Assembly: GCA_963705375.1 (NCBI GenBank)
Contig: OY970071.1
Span: forward strand, 150,001-182,000
Direction of reading: 5' to 3'
DNA from: Candidatus Saccharimonadota bacterium
GTDB taxonomy: Archaea; Micrarchaeota; Micrarchaeia; Micrarchaeales; Micrarchaeaceae
DNA length: 32,000 nt
The notes beneath the pieces are model-generated. The model was given only the letters and a program-made list of their open reading frames with translations, was not told where the DNA came from and did not search any database. Position numbers and translations under genes: made by a program. Below are positions 1 to 8,401 of the stretch, piece after piece (position 1 is the first letter of the stretch; each line of letters opens with the position of its first letter).

Positions 1-9
1 TCTCGATTT

Positions 10-40
10 GTCTCCAACGCGGCCGTTAGGCCGCGGAGAC
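10..40 (+). repeat. Left-end imperfect hairpin of the IS200-type element
   Basis: Sequence gtctcc-aa-cgcggcc-gtta-ggccgcg-gagac. It has a 7-bp GC-rich inner stem, a 4-nt loop and an outer gtctc/gagac stem with a small bulge. It lies directly upstream of tnpA. Confidence 0.75.
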
Positions 41-48
41 CTGAGAAC

Positions 49-495
49 ATGGATAGTGTAAACTATGAAAATAAGAACCTTGTGCACAACGCGCACTCCG
101 TGGGTGCGAACGAATATCATCTGCAATGGGTAACAAAATACAGATATGCGACCCTTGAAAAAGAGTCGCACTGGAAGGATTGCGATGCGGCAATCCGTTC
201 TGCGGCAGAAAAATATAAAATCAAAATCGTAGAATTGGGCGTAATGGAAGACCATGTTCACGTAGTTGCGGAAATTCCTCCCGAGATGTCTGTTTCTCGT
301 GCGATAGGACTTCTGAAAGGTTCAAGTTCCTATGAACTCTTCAGAAAACACCCGAATTTTAGGAAGACATATTGGAACGGCCATTTCTGGGGCAGGGGTT
401 ATTTTTACAGAACAGTAAGTGAGGTGACCGAAGAAACCATCAGAAATTACGTGCGCAGAGACAACAATATGCGTCAGAAGCGACTATGTGCTTGA
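49..495 (+). CDS. tnpA: IS200/IS605-family Y1 (HUH) transposase TnpA
   Basis: 148 aa. It carries the HUH motif (EDHVHVVAE), a C-terminal catalytic-Tyr region (ETIRNYVRRDN) and WGRGYF, all typical of IS200 TnpA. No tnpB follows. Confidence 0.9.
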   Translation: MDSVNYENKNLVHNAHSVGANEYHLQWVTKYRYATLEKESHWKDCDAAIRSAAEKYKIKIVELGVMEDHVHVVAEIPPEMSVSRAIGLLKGSSSYELFRKHPNFRKTYWNGHFWGRGYFYRTVSEVTEETIRNYVRRDNNMRQKRLCA

Positions 496-1296
496 AGTAA
501 ATCCCACACCTTTAGGTGTGGGTAGTTTAAGCATACTGATCAGCGAATTTAGGTCGTGCTTTGCGCTCACGGTATCAAGGATGAAGTCGAATGTTCCGGC
601 ATGTTCCTTCATTTGCTCCAGAACAGTTGACAACACCACTTCGTCAGCACCGAGCTTCTTTGCATCCTGTACCTTGCCCGGCGATGTTGTGAATTGCACC
701 ACGTACGCTCCAAACGAATGCGCAAACTTCAATGCCATGTGACCTAGCCCGCCAAGACCCACGACACCTACCTTCTGGCCTTTGCCGACTTTCCAGTGCC
801 TCAACGGCGAATAAGTGGTGATGCCTGCACACAAGAGCGGGGCTGTAGATGCAGGATCCAGTTTTGGCGATATCTTTAGCACGAAATCCTGATCAATAAC
901 AATATTGTTTGAGAATCCCCCTTTGGTTATGTCTCCATATTTGTCTCTGGAGTTGTATGTTTTGGTTGTGCCTTTTTCGCAGTATTGTTCAAGCGCTTCC
1001 TTGCATGCATCGCATGTTCTGCAAGAATCCGCGAAGCAGCCAACGCCTACTGTTTCTCCGGGTTTAAACCTCTTTACTCCTGAGCCGACCTTGGAGACTT
1101 TGCCGATGATCTCGTGGCCAGGAACCATGGGATATATCGCCCCGCCACGTTCGTTTCTCGCATTATGGATGTCTGAGTGGCATACGCCACAGAACCGGAT
1201 GTCAATGAGCACGTCGTGCTCGCCGACAGCTCTTCGTCTGAATGAAAAAGGCGCAAGCTTGTCCGTTGCGCTTTTCACTGCATAGCCGTAGCTCAT
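484..1296 (-). pseudogene. NADP-dependent zinc alcohol dehydrogenase (YahK/cinnamyl-ADH-like), 3'-truncated by the IS
   Basis: It has GVCHSDIH, PGHEIIG, the structural-zinc Cys cluster CRTCDACK, and GVVGLGGLGH (Rossmann). It is collinear with E. coli YahK (as I recall that sequence) up to ...FDFILDTV..LISMLK, about residue 270 of about 350. The ORF then runs into IS hairpin sequence and stops, so roughly the last 80 residues are missing. The start is taken at MSYGYAV (1296); the ORF extends to 1413. Confidence 0.75.
503..522 (+). repeat. Right-end hairpin of the IS200-type element
   Basis: Sequence cccacacc-ttta-ggtgtggg, a perfect 8-bp stem with a 4-nt loop, just after the tnpA stop. Its translation on the minus strand supplies the non-homologous tail (LPTPKGVGF) of the ADH ORF. 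Confidence 0.75.
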
Positions 1297-1417
1297 CACT
1301 GTACGGTCAAGACCTTCGATTTCTGATTTGTGTTCTTTCATTCTATCAGTCTCTTGTGGTGCGTCAGCACTCTCTTCCACCCAGAAACTTCGGCAATGAC
1401 CTATCCCTGCCAAAACA

Positions 1418-1434
1418 TATAAGTATCTCCTAAA
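1418..1434 (+). promoter_or_regulatory. TATA-like promoter box TATAAGTATCTCCTAAA
   Basis: It begins 40 nt upstream of ATG 1458. The 17-mer is identical to 9419-9435 (minus strand), and its first 12 nt (TATAAGTATCTC) recur at 28178-28189. Confidence 0.5.
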
Positions 1435-1457
1435 TCAAAGACTATGCTCGTGGTGGT

Positions 1458-1925
1458 ATGGGGTACAAACAATTGGAAACGCCGGCAGAACAAATGAAAA
1501 TCTTGAAGAACTACGTGGGGACTGAAGTAACCGTTGTGCAGGCGCAGGGTGGGGTGCTGAACGCGCACAAGGTGCAGCTGAATGCCGTGGATGAATTCAC
1601 AGGCATAGGGACTACTGGTGGATACATGCACTTCGTGGGTTTCGATGGATCTGCGATTGCGCAGATCACAACAGATAACAAAATCATATACAAGAACCCA
1701 TATGTCGACGAAAATTATGGCCTCAAGACATGTGACGCCGTCTACGACCTTATGTTAAAGCTTTTTGGAACTGCAGTGTTATATGATATAGTCCGGCAAA
1801 GAGGAATCAAGACTTCGCAAGATGTGTATGCCTGCGATGATGATCCTTTTGATAAATGTGTGAAGGCGTGGGAAGGTGGCGGGGATCTGGCGGAAATAGG
1901 CAATCTGCTTCGGGGCAAAGTATAG
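1458..1925 (+). CDS. Hypothetical protein (155 aa), no recognisable family
   Basis: Clean ORF with a consensus promoter box at -40 and ordinary soluble-protein composition. No motif recognised. Confidence 0.65.
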   Translation: MGYKQLETPAEQMKILKNYVGTEVTVVQAQGGVLNAHKVQLNAVDEFTGIGTTGGYMHFVGFDGSAIAQITTDNKIIYKNPYVDENYGLKTCDAVYDLMLKLFGTAVLYDIVRQRGIKTSQDVYACDDDPFDKCVKAWEGGGDLAEIGNLLRGKV

Positions 1926-2195
1926 CGTTGACCATTATCTCAAGAATTTGGTATTCAGAATGTGTGTCTGGGCTAAAACGTGCCACCCTGCTTGGGCTGA
2001 GATCTTGAGGCGAAAGGCCTAGACGGTACAGAACGCTCTTTGAGATTCACGTTTGAGACTTAGTTGGCAGAAAGAAATGAAACTAGCCATCTATGGATAT
2101 GGAAGAGGCGACTAGGGCTGTCGCGTTTAGTTCGCGTATACATATCTGATGGAGCCGACGGATAAAAGAGTTTTAAGCAGGCACCACATCTTTGT

Positions 2196-2876
2196 CTAAG
2201 GCAGCATCAACGGGGTGATCCCATTGCCCCAATTTTCGCGGATTTCGCGTAAAAGTGCATAATCGTGTGCTTTTTCAGATAATGCTACTTGTTCTAGTCG
2301 TTCTTCTGCATCTTTGTCATTCCCGCTGTCCGCTTTGCGCACTAAAGCAACAACATCCTCTCTTGTCCCGCGCGCATAATACTCTAGCTCCCGCAGACTC
2401 GTACGTATCTCAAATATTCTTTGTCTGAATTTTATCGCGTTTGATCCATCTTTTTCTGCAAGGTCGAACAGGTAGCATGTCCCTTTGTCCTCCATCATCT
2501 TGAAAAGATGTTTCCAGTCTTCCGATTCTATGGTTGCAGTCCCGTAAACACAGGCCATCGCCCTAGACAGGGCATACCGTGCATTGCGGTCATCTGTAAA
2601 AACCTCCGTGACTCTGGACCATATGGAAACAAGGTCTAGAGGTCCAAGCCCGAACATCTTGCCTTCTAGAGTCTCTGCATACGGCATAATGGACGCCAGG
2701 TATAGTGCTTCGTGCTGGCCATACGTGCTGGCCCTTAGGCTTTCGGACAAAGCTTCCCAGTGCATTTCATCAAATTCATCAAATGTCTGGACAGCCGGGT
2801 GGCTTCTGTCGTGCTTGGCCGCTTCGACTTGTTCATCTTTTAAAATGTCCGGTAGAATCTTCTCTCTAGTTGACAT
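2196..2876 (-). CDS. Hypothetical protein (226 aa), acidic and probably helical, no recognisable family
   Basis: ATG start. It lies 53 nt downstream of the previous minus-strand ORF with no TATA-like box between, so the two are probably co-transcribed. Confidence 0.65.
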   Translation of the reverse strand: MSTREKILPDILKDEQVEAAKHDRSHPAVQTFDEFDEMHWEALSESLRASTYGQHEALYLASIMPYAETLEGKMFGLGPLDLVSIWSRVTEVFTDDRNARYALSRAMACVYGTATIESEDWKHLFKMMEDKGTCYLFDLAEKDGSNAIKFRQRIFEIRTSLRELEYYARGTREDVVALVRKADSGNDKDAEERLEQVALSEKAHDYALLREIRENWGNGITPLMLP

Positions 2877-2929
2877 AAGACCACATAAAGTACGGTTCCT
2901 TTGGATGCGATTGCCTTCTCATAGCACTT

Positions 2930-3622
2930 TCAATATGTCCGTTTAGGAACGCCAGCGCCTATAATCACATAAAGATAATTAAAGTCCTGATCATAGGCGA
3001 TGGCGCAGTTATTGTGCCCAGCACACAGTATGCTGTTCAGGTCAGTTGCGCCTTTTGTCAGTATCGTCTGGAAGACCCAAAGAGGATAATTTGTATCAGG
3101 AAATATGTCAACACCAGCCACCGTTGGTTCTGGAGGTGATTTGGTGGTTTTTTGGCCAGAATGCTCTCTGTAAACAGTGTCGTGCGCTTCAGATGCATGG
3201 GCAGAACTTGTGTACGAATCTACATTATCGCATCTTTTTGATACGGGATTCACTACTCCAGTGTGTTGGTGTTTAGTCAGTGCACTTGAACTATTTATCG
3301 GCGTGATAAACTGCATTATTTTATCCATGTTGTCTGACACATATAAAGTAAATTCGTTTGTATCCGGATCCAGATTAATGTGCGCAATTATTGTAGAGTT
3401 ATGCGTGGCCACAATGGTGAGCAGACTATCTATTGCAACGCTATTTGTTAGGTGCGCCTTAAGCATCCAGCAGCTACTATCCACATCAGCAGACACATCT
3501 GTTATTTTGGCTGCATCGACAAGAAACCCTGCCCTCTCTCTGATTCTGGAAAGCAACAAATCTTCTGAGGGAGTTTGCGATGATAGCTTGGTCTCGCTTT
3601 TATTATCTTTCTGATGAAACAT
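2930..3622 (-). CDS. Hypothetical protein (about 230 aa), two parts joined by an S/T/H-rich linker, no recognisable family
   Basis: The ORF extends to GTG 3637, but ATG 3622 sits 36 nt downstream of the promoter-like box at 3649-3660. Confidence 0.6.
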   Translation of the reverse strand: MFHQKDNKSETKLSSQTPSEDLLLSRIRERAGFLVDAAKITDVSADVDSSCWMLKAHLTNSVAIDSLLTIVATHNSTIIAHINLDPDTNEFTLYVSDNMDKIMQFITPINSSSALTKHQHTGVVNPVSKRCDNVDSYTSSAHASEAHDTVYREHSGQKTTKSPPEPTVAGVDIFPDTNYPLWVFQTILTKGATDLNSILCAGHNNCAIAYDQDFNYLYVIIGAGVPKRTY

Positions 3623-3648
3623 CCTAATCGTAAGCACTCCGTTCGTCC

Positions 3649-3660
3649 AGATATTTATGT
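3649..3660 (-). promoter_or_regulatory. TATA-like promoter box (ACATAAATATCT on the minus strand)
   Basis: Matches the local TATA+ATCT pattern. It lies 36 nt upstream of ATG 3622. Confidence 0.45.
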
Positions 3661-3795
3661 TTTGTTCTTGACGGGGCTTTGTTGGACAAATGGCATTATT
3701 TCAATACATGCACTGTTATTTCGACAGTTTTTCTTTTAGCTCAAAGTCATCGGTTCTTTGCCGATGCGAAAATAAATGCAAACTGTGCGCTAGCA

Positions 3796-4596
3796 TCAAT
3801 TGCGTTGCTCTTTACGAAGGAGGTCGACTCTCTTTTGATGGCACCGCGATTCATATAGTTCTGCAAAAGACCTTCCTATCTCTGGAGATTTGTAGAATTT
3901 CTCAATGTTTGAAGCAATAGACGCTACAGACCACGCATCCAAAGAGTCCGCGTGGTTTACGAACATCTGGACAATATGGCCTATGGGTATGTGACTAAAC
4001 TCCTCAGTTTTGAGAGTTTCGAGCATTTCCATCATTCTGACTGAAATAACTGCTTCCTGTGGGATGCGCTGTTCCCTGACGTACGTTGCCCAAGCCTCAA
4101 ATGTATCAGGGCATATTAACCTGCGGTTTTCTTCCAGAAAGTCGTCTATCGAATTAAAAAAGAGGTTAGTGTCAATCTTGCCTTCGTTTTCTAGGACAAA
4201 ATCTGCTCCTAGTCTTTCAGAGACCGTACTGATAGCTTGCTTCAGATCTTCATATGTTATCCGGACTGACCCGTGATATGAGGGTTCTATCACGAACGTA
4301 CAGTCTCCTTCGGTGAAAGTTTCGTCACTAGTTGTGGTTTTGATATTTTTCCAATTCACGGAGCAAACGATACTGGTGGCATGCTCAGGATGCTCTGCTT
4401 CATCTGCACTGACACACACAATTTGTTCCAGGACTTGTGAGAATAGATTTCTAGTTAAGTAACTACTAATGTCGGGCACAATGCCGTAGACATTATGCCT
4501 GATCTCGACTACATCTAGACCGGCAGATTCTGCCAAAGTGTCTGCAACCAAGCGCACACACTCTGCGGATTTTCTTTGCTCTTTCTGTACCTCCAT
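3796..4596 (-). CDS. Hypothetical protein (266 aa), acidic and soluble, no recognisable family
   Basis: ATG start with a TATA-like box at -37 and a 19-nt upstream element shared with the promoter of gene 8552-9394. Confidence 0.65.
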   Translation of the reverse strand: MEVQKEQRKSAECVRLVADTLAESAGLDVVEIRHNVYGIVPDISSYLTRNLFSQVLEQIVCVSADEAEHPEHATSIVCSVNWKNIKTTTSDETFTEGDCTFVIEPSYHGSVRITYEDLKQAISTVSERLGADFVLENEGKIDTNLFFNSIDDFLEENRRLICPDTFEAWATYVREQRIPQEAVISVRMMEMLETLKTEEFSHIPIGHIVQMFVNHADSLDAWSVASIASNIEKFYKSPEIGRSFAELYESRCHQKRVDLLRKEQRN

Positions 4597-4620
4597 ATAT
4601 AACGAATATTATGCGCGCTT

Positions 4621-4634
4621 CCAAATATATATAC
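4621..4634 (-). promoter_or_regulatory. TATA-like promoter box (GTATATATATTTGG on the minus strand)
   Basis: Begins 37 nt upstream of ATG 4596. Confidence 0.45.
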
Positions 4635-4658
4635 GCGCCGATTTCTGTCAACTTCGTT

Positions 4659-4677
4659 GTGAAACTTTGTTGAAATG
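4659..4677 (-). promoter_or_regulatory. Conserved 19-nt upstream element, copy 1 (plus strand GTGAAACTTTGTTGAAATG)
   Basis: 18/19 identical to 9460-9478. It starts 63 nt upstream of ATG 4596. It contains TGAAAC and TGAAAT hexamers 11 bp apart. Confidence 0.4.
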
Positions 4678-4749
4678 AAAGGCAAGAATAGGTCTACATT
4701 AGAAAGACAAGAGGCATCCAAACTAGGAAGTGCAAGACGCTGGCGCAGC

Positions 4750-6081
4750 TTACATCTTCATCTCGTTATATATCGGGAACCTCTTGCAGAGCTCGAGGAC
4801 CTGGCTCCTTATGCCCTTCAGCCTGCTGTTCGTTTCCAAAGAGCCTCTGAACTTCCTTATGTACTCCAGCCTTGCAGCCTTGTCTTCAGGAAGTCTGCAG
4901 TCCTTGACCTCGCGCACTGCTTCTGCTATGAGTCGGCCTATCAGCTCCATTTCAGGTTCTTTCATGCCTCTGGTCGTCACTGCAGGAGTCCCAAGTCTCA
5001 CTCCGCTAGGGTAGAAGGCAGATGGATCGTGAGGTATCGTGTTCCTGTTGGTGGATATTCCTGCAATCTCTAGAGCTTCTGATGCAAACAGGCCCATACC
5101 CTTCCCGAACGGCGTGAGATCTATCAGTATTAGGTGGTTGTCGGTCCCGCCAGTGACAAGCTTCAGCCCATTAGACTGGAGCGACGCTGCAAGCGCCTTT
5201 GCATTACGGACTATCTGCTTTGCGTACTCTGCGAACTCCGGCTTCGATGCCGCAAGCAATGCCACAGCTATTCCCGCGGTCTGGTGGTCATGTGGGCCCC
5301 CTTGAAGGCCTGGAAACACTCTCTTGTCTATCTTATCGCCGAGCTCGGGATCCTTCTTCAAGCCCTTTTCGGTAACCAGGATAATCGCGCCGCGTGGACC
5401 TCTCAAGGTCTTGTGCGTAGTGGTCATTATTATGTGCGCATAGTCCACAGGGCTCTCGTGCGCTCCGCCTACGACAAGCCCTGCTATGTGGGATATGTCC
5501 GCAACAAGATATGCGCCTACGCTATCCGCGATGTCTGCGAACTCCTTTAACGGCAGCTTTCTTGAATAGGCAGTGGTGCCTATCCATATGAGCTTTGGCT
5601 TGTTCTCATTCGCAAGCCTGCGCACCTCTTCGATATCTATGTAGCCTTCCGGCGTGACATGGTACGGGACACTCTTGAAAAGCATGCCGCTGATGCTTGC
5701 TTCTGCTCCATGAGTGAGGTGGCCACCGTCGCTCAGGTTCTGCCCCATTATCGTGTCTCCTGGCTTGCACACTGCAAAGTATATTGCGAGGTTTGCAGGA
5801 GATCCGGAGTACGGCTGCACGTTCGCATACGGCACCTTGAACAGCTTTTTGGCCCTTTCTATCGCAGCACTCTCCACGACGTCTATAAACTTGTTGCCTG
5901 TATAGTACCTCTTGCCAGGATAGCCTTCAGAATACTTGTTCATCAGGACAGAGCCTGCCGCTTCCATCACCTCCATGCTGGTGTGATTCTCTGACGGGAT
6001 CATGACCAAGCATTCCTGCTGCCTTTGCAGCTCGCTTCTTATGGCATTGAAGATTGTCGGATCAGATTTTTCAAGGGACAT
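4750..6081 (-). CDS. glyA: Serine hydroxymethyltransferase
   Basis: MIPSENHTS, NKYSEGYPGKRYY, YSGSPANLA and the TTTHKTLRGPRG PLP-lysine region are collinear with GlyA. The start is taken at MSLEKSD (6081); the ORF extends to 6099. Confidence 0.93.
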   Translation of the reverse strand: MSLEKSDPTIFNAIRSELQRQQECLVMIPSENHTSMEVMEAAGSVLMNKYSEGYPGKRYYTGNKFIDVVESAAIERAKKLFKVPYANVQPYSGSPANLAIYFAVCKPGDTIMGQNLSDGGHLTHGAEASISGMLFKSVPYHVTPEGYIDIEEVRRLANENKPKLIWIGTTAYSRKLPLKEFADIADSVGAYLVADISHIAGLVVGGAHESPVDYAHIIMTTTHKTLRGPRGAIILVTEKGLKKDPELGDKIDKRVFPGLQGGPHDHQTAGIAVALLAASKPEFAEYAKQIVRNAKALAASLQSNGLKLVTGGTDNHLILIDLTPFGKGMGLFASEALEIAGISTNRNTIPHDPSAFYPSGVRLGTPAVTTRGMKEPEMELIGRLIAEAVREVKDCRLPEDKAARLEYIRKFRGSLETNSRLKGIRSQVLELCKRFPIYNEMKM

Positions 6082-6128
6082 ATCACCACGCTCAAGCACA
6101 AACCCATCATTTCGCCTTTCATCAGGTA

Positions 6129-7751
6129 CTACTTCTGCTTCTTGTCTAGCTCTGCTAGCTTTCTATCTATACGCTTCTCGCTCTCGAGCCTAGGAAGCGC
6201 ATAATCGTTCATGTCCACCTTCATGTATTCCGTGAGCACGGGATGCACGCCCTCGATCAGCGCCTTCATCTCCTGGGCCATCCTCCTGTACAAGATATGC
6301 CCTTGCATGCTTGACCTGAGCTCCGTGAAGTGGTATGCTTCCCTGAGGTTGAGTTTCATGTACCACCGCATGTTGAACGAGCGTGGAACGACATACTGCG
6401 CCTCTACAGGCATGTCCGCTGCGATGCGCTTGTTGACTTCTGCCACGCGCTCCATCAGCTCTGCATAATCCTTATCAAGGTTTACGGACGCAAGCTCTTC
6501 AGGTACGCTATAACCCAGATCCGTGCCCAGCCTCTGCCGTTCCTGTGTGAGTATCCTATGCCTGTGTATGTCCCGGTACACGCCATAGGTTGCGCACGCC
6601 TCGAACGTGTAGTAAGAATTCTCTAGCGCCCTTCCTGGCTTGTCCCTTCTGTCTCTTCTCTTAGATAAGTACGATGCGGCCAGCTCCTTCCGCTTATCCA
6701 TCGGCATCGACTTTGCCATGGCCTTGAGCTCATTCATCGAAAGCGTGGAATGGGGATACATCATCGCAGCAAGCGCATTGATGTCGCCATCGCGATCGTA
6801 GTCTACAAGCCTCAAGTATGCCTTGCCGTCGCATTTGGCACCATTGCCTGCAATGTTCTGACCCACAAAGTCGCGCATGCTGTGCCTTGTACCTAGCAGA
6901 TACTCTGACTGCTTCGCCCTCTTCACGAATGCGGGCATGACCTTTGAGAGCTCTTCGTGTATGTCCTTTGCAAGCGTGTTGCACTCAGGCAGCTCATCAG
7001 AGTATAGCTTCGTCAGCAGGTACTCGAACGCCCTTCCGTTGCCGAAAAGACCCACGTTGGTCAGCCTGCCTGCAGGAAGCATGTTCTTGAGTATGTCACA
7101 GGTCTTTGCCCTTGTGGCGCTCTCATGAGCTCGTGTGCTCACACCATCTGCGATGGGCGAGACTTCGCGCACATAACTCAGGACTATCGGGAGCCACTTG
7201 CAGTAGAGGTCGAAGATCATGTCCATGGTCTCCTCATAGATTCCTCCGAACCGCGAATGCATGAGTCCAGGATCCCTATACCACAAGTACTTCCCATCGA
7301 CCTTTTTGTCGAAAAGCAAGTACCTCGCAGATTTCTCAAGGGGAGATATGCCCACTCTGGAGTCCTCAAGGGCCTCGCACGCTATGCTGGACACATTTTC
7401 GCAAGCAATGTGCGCGCCGGCGAGCTCTGCAACTGAGTCGTCACCGAATCCGACCAAGACGCGCTGGTAGAATTCCTCTGCTCTTGAGACTGACAACGCA
7501 TCCTCAAGGTGCTTGCCTCCAGCGTTGCTCTTGATGATGTCTGATATGTCCTTGTTTGACATGAACTCGTCAAGCAATAGCCTTCTGACGCTCTTGTCGG
7601 ATCTGCTGTACCTGGAAAAGAGCGCACCCTTTATCACTTCAGGAAGGTTGGTGAGTGCGAAGACATGCTTGTCCATGTTTGTGAAGAAAGGGCGTACCCG
7701 CTCTTTCTCATTTTCAGCAACATCTACCGGAAAAGTATACTCGCTTCCCAC
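6129..7751 (-). CDS. ThyX (Thy1)-family flavin-dependent thymidylate synthase-like protein, double-length form (540 aa)
   Basis: It has a ThyX-type RHR signature in variant form (YRDIHRHRILTQERQR) and a second related segment near the N-terminus (GALFSRYSRS). It is about twice canonical ThyX length. GTG start, with a TATA-like box (TTAAAATA) about 46 nt upstream. It lies 47 nt upstream of glyA on the same strand. Confidence 0.65.
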   Translation of the reverse strand: MGSEYTFPVDVAENEKERVRPFFTNMDKHVFALTNLPEVIKGALFSRYSRSDKSVRRLLLDEFMSNKDISDIIKSNAGGKHLEDALSVSRAEEFYQRVLVGFGDDSVAELAGAHIACENVSSIACEALEDSRVGISPLEKSARYLLFDKKVDGKYLWYRDPGLMHSRFGGIYEETMDMIFDLYCKWLPIVLSYVREVSPIADGVSTRAHESATRAKTCDILKNMLPAGRLTNVGLFGNGRAFEYLLTKLYSDELPECNTLAKDIHEELSKVMPAFVKRAKQSEYLLGTRHSMRDFVGQNIAGNGAKCDGKAYLRLVDYDRDGDINALAAMMYPHSTLSMNELKAMAKSMPMDKRKELAASYLSKRRDRRDKPGRALENSYYTFEACATYGVYRDIHRHRILTQERQRLGTDLGYSVPEELASVNLDKDYAELMERVAEVNKRIAADMPVEAQYVVPRSFNMRWYMKLNLREAYHFTELRSSMQGHILYRRMAQEMKALIEGVHPVLTEYMKVDMNDYALPRLESEKRIDRKLAELDKKQK

Positions 7752-7848
7752 AAAAACACCCCACCCGCAGATAGGTTTATCTGGAAAGGTATTTTAAGAC
7801 GCATAGAAAATATCGGAATCTTTGGACAAACTCGGCAGATACTAATAC

Positions 7849-7858
7849 TTAAATATCT
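7849..7858 (+). promoter_or_regulatory. TATA-like promoter box TTAAATATCT
   Basis: Begins 37 nt upstream of GTG 7886. Confidence 0.4.
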
Positions 7859-7885
7859 AAGGCACCGCATTTATATTGTGATTAT

Positions 7886-8401
7886 GTGTCTGATGAGATA
7901 AATGCACAGAAAAATCCACATGTCAAAGAAGCAAAACATACTGTAACTGAAGCGAAAATTACACTGGATGCAACACCGGCAAAACAGGTTCACACCGAAA
8001 TAAAGAGGCTTAGTGATAGGGCTAATGAGAAGAAAATCGAAGATGAAATTCAATCTAAACTGGACAAGAAACTGGACAAGATGCTGGAAGAGATGGTGAA
8101 GTTTCAGAAGAAGGTGCAGGCGGAAAGCACTGCTTTTTTAACTGCAACATGGAATCCTTCTGGAATCCTGGCCGAGGCATTGATTTACTTTCAAAATCCA
8201 GACAAAAAAGTGCAGTCTACCGAACATATCAACAATGACGTAGTAATGAGAGCCAGCGAGATTCTAGAAGAAATATATAAAAGCGTATGGAAAGACGTGA
8301 AAGCCACTCACGCGCCCATTGGCGAAAAGAAGTTCAACGAAATATTTAGTGAGACAGTAAAGCAGAAGGCAGCCGCATTGGCAGGATTAGGAAAGGAGTG
8401 A
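7886..8401 (+). CDS. Hypothetical protein (171 aa), K/E-rich with probable coiled-coil N-terminal half
   Basis: GTG start with a promoter-like box at -37. It has heptad-like charged repeats (KIEDEIQSKLDKKLDKMLEEMVKFQKK). Confidence 0.55.
   Translation: MSDEINAQKNPHVKEAKHTVTEAKITLDATPAKQVHTEIKRLSDRANEKKIEDEIQSKLDKKLDKMLEEMVKFQKKVQAESTAFLTATWNPSGILAEALIYFQNPDKKVQSTEHINNDVVMRASEILEEIYKSVWKDVKATHAPIGEKKFNEIFSETVKQKAAALAGLGKE

Larger units (their letters stand above)
1..528 (+). mobile_element. IS200/IS605-family insertion sequence, IS200 type (tnpA only); left end at or just beyond the window edge
   Basis: A Y1/HUH transposase ORF is flanked by two stem-loops (10-40 and 503-522), as at IS200 ends. 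Homology of the neighbouring ADH stops abruptly at about 523-528. Confidence 0.8.

Noticed and set aside
1383-1398. AGAAACTTCGGCAATG, partially resembling the 19-nt element, at a similar distance upstream of gene 1458-1925.
   Set aside because: Only a 7-nt core (GAAACTT) matches, and the orientation relative to the gene is opposite. It lies inside the ADH pseudogene ORF.
2077-2115. Mini-ORF MKLAIYGYGRGD-stop in the 270-nt gap, resembling the N-terminus of a Rossmann-fold protein (possible gene remnant).
   Set aside because: Twelve codons are far too few to tell from chance, and no continuation appears in any frame.
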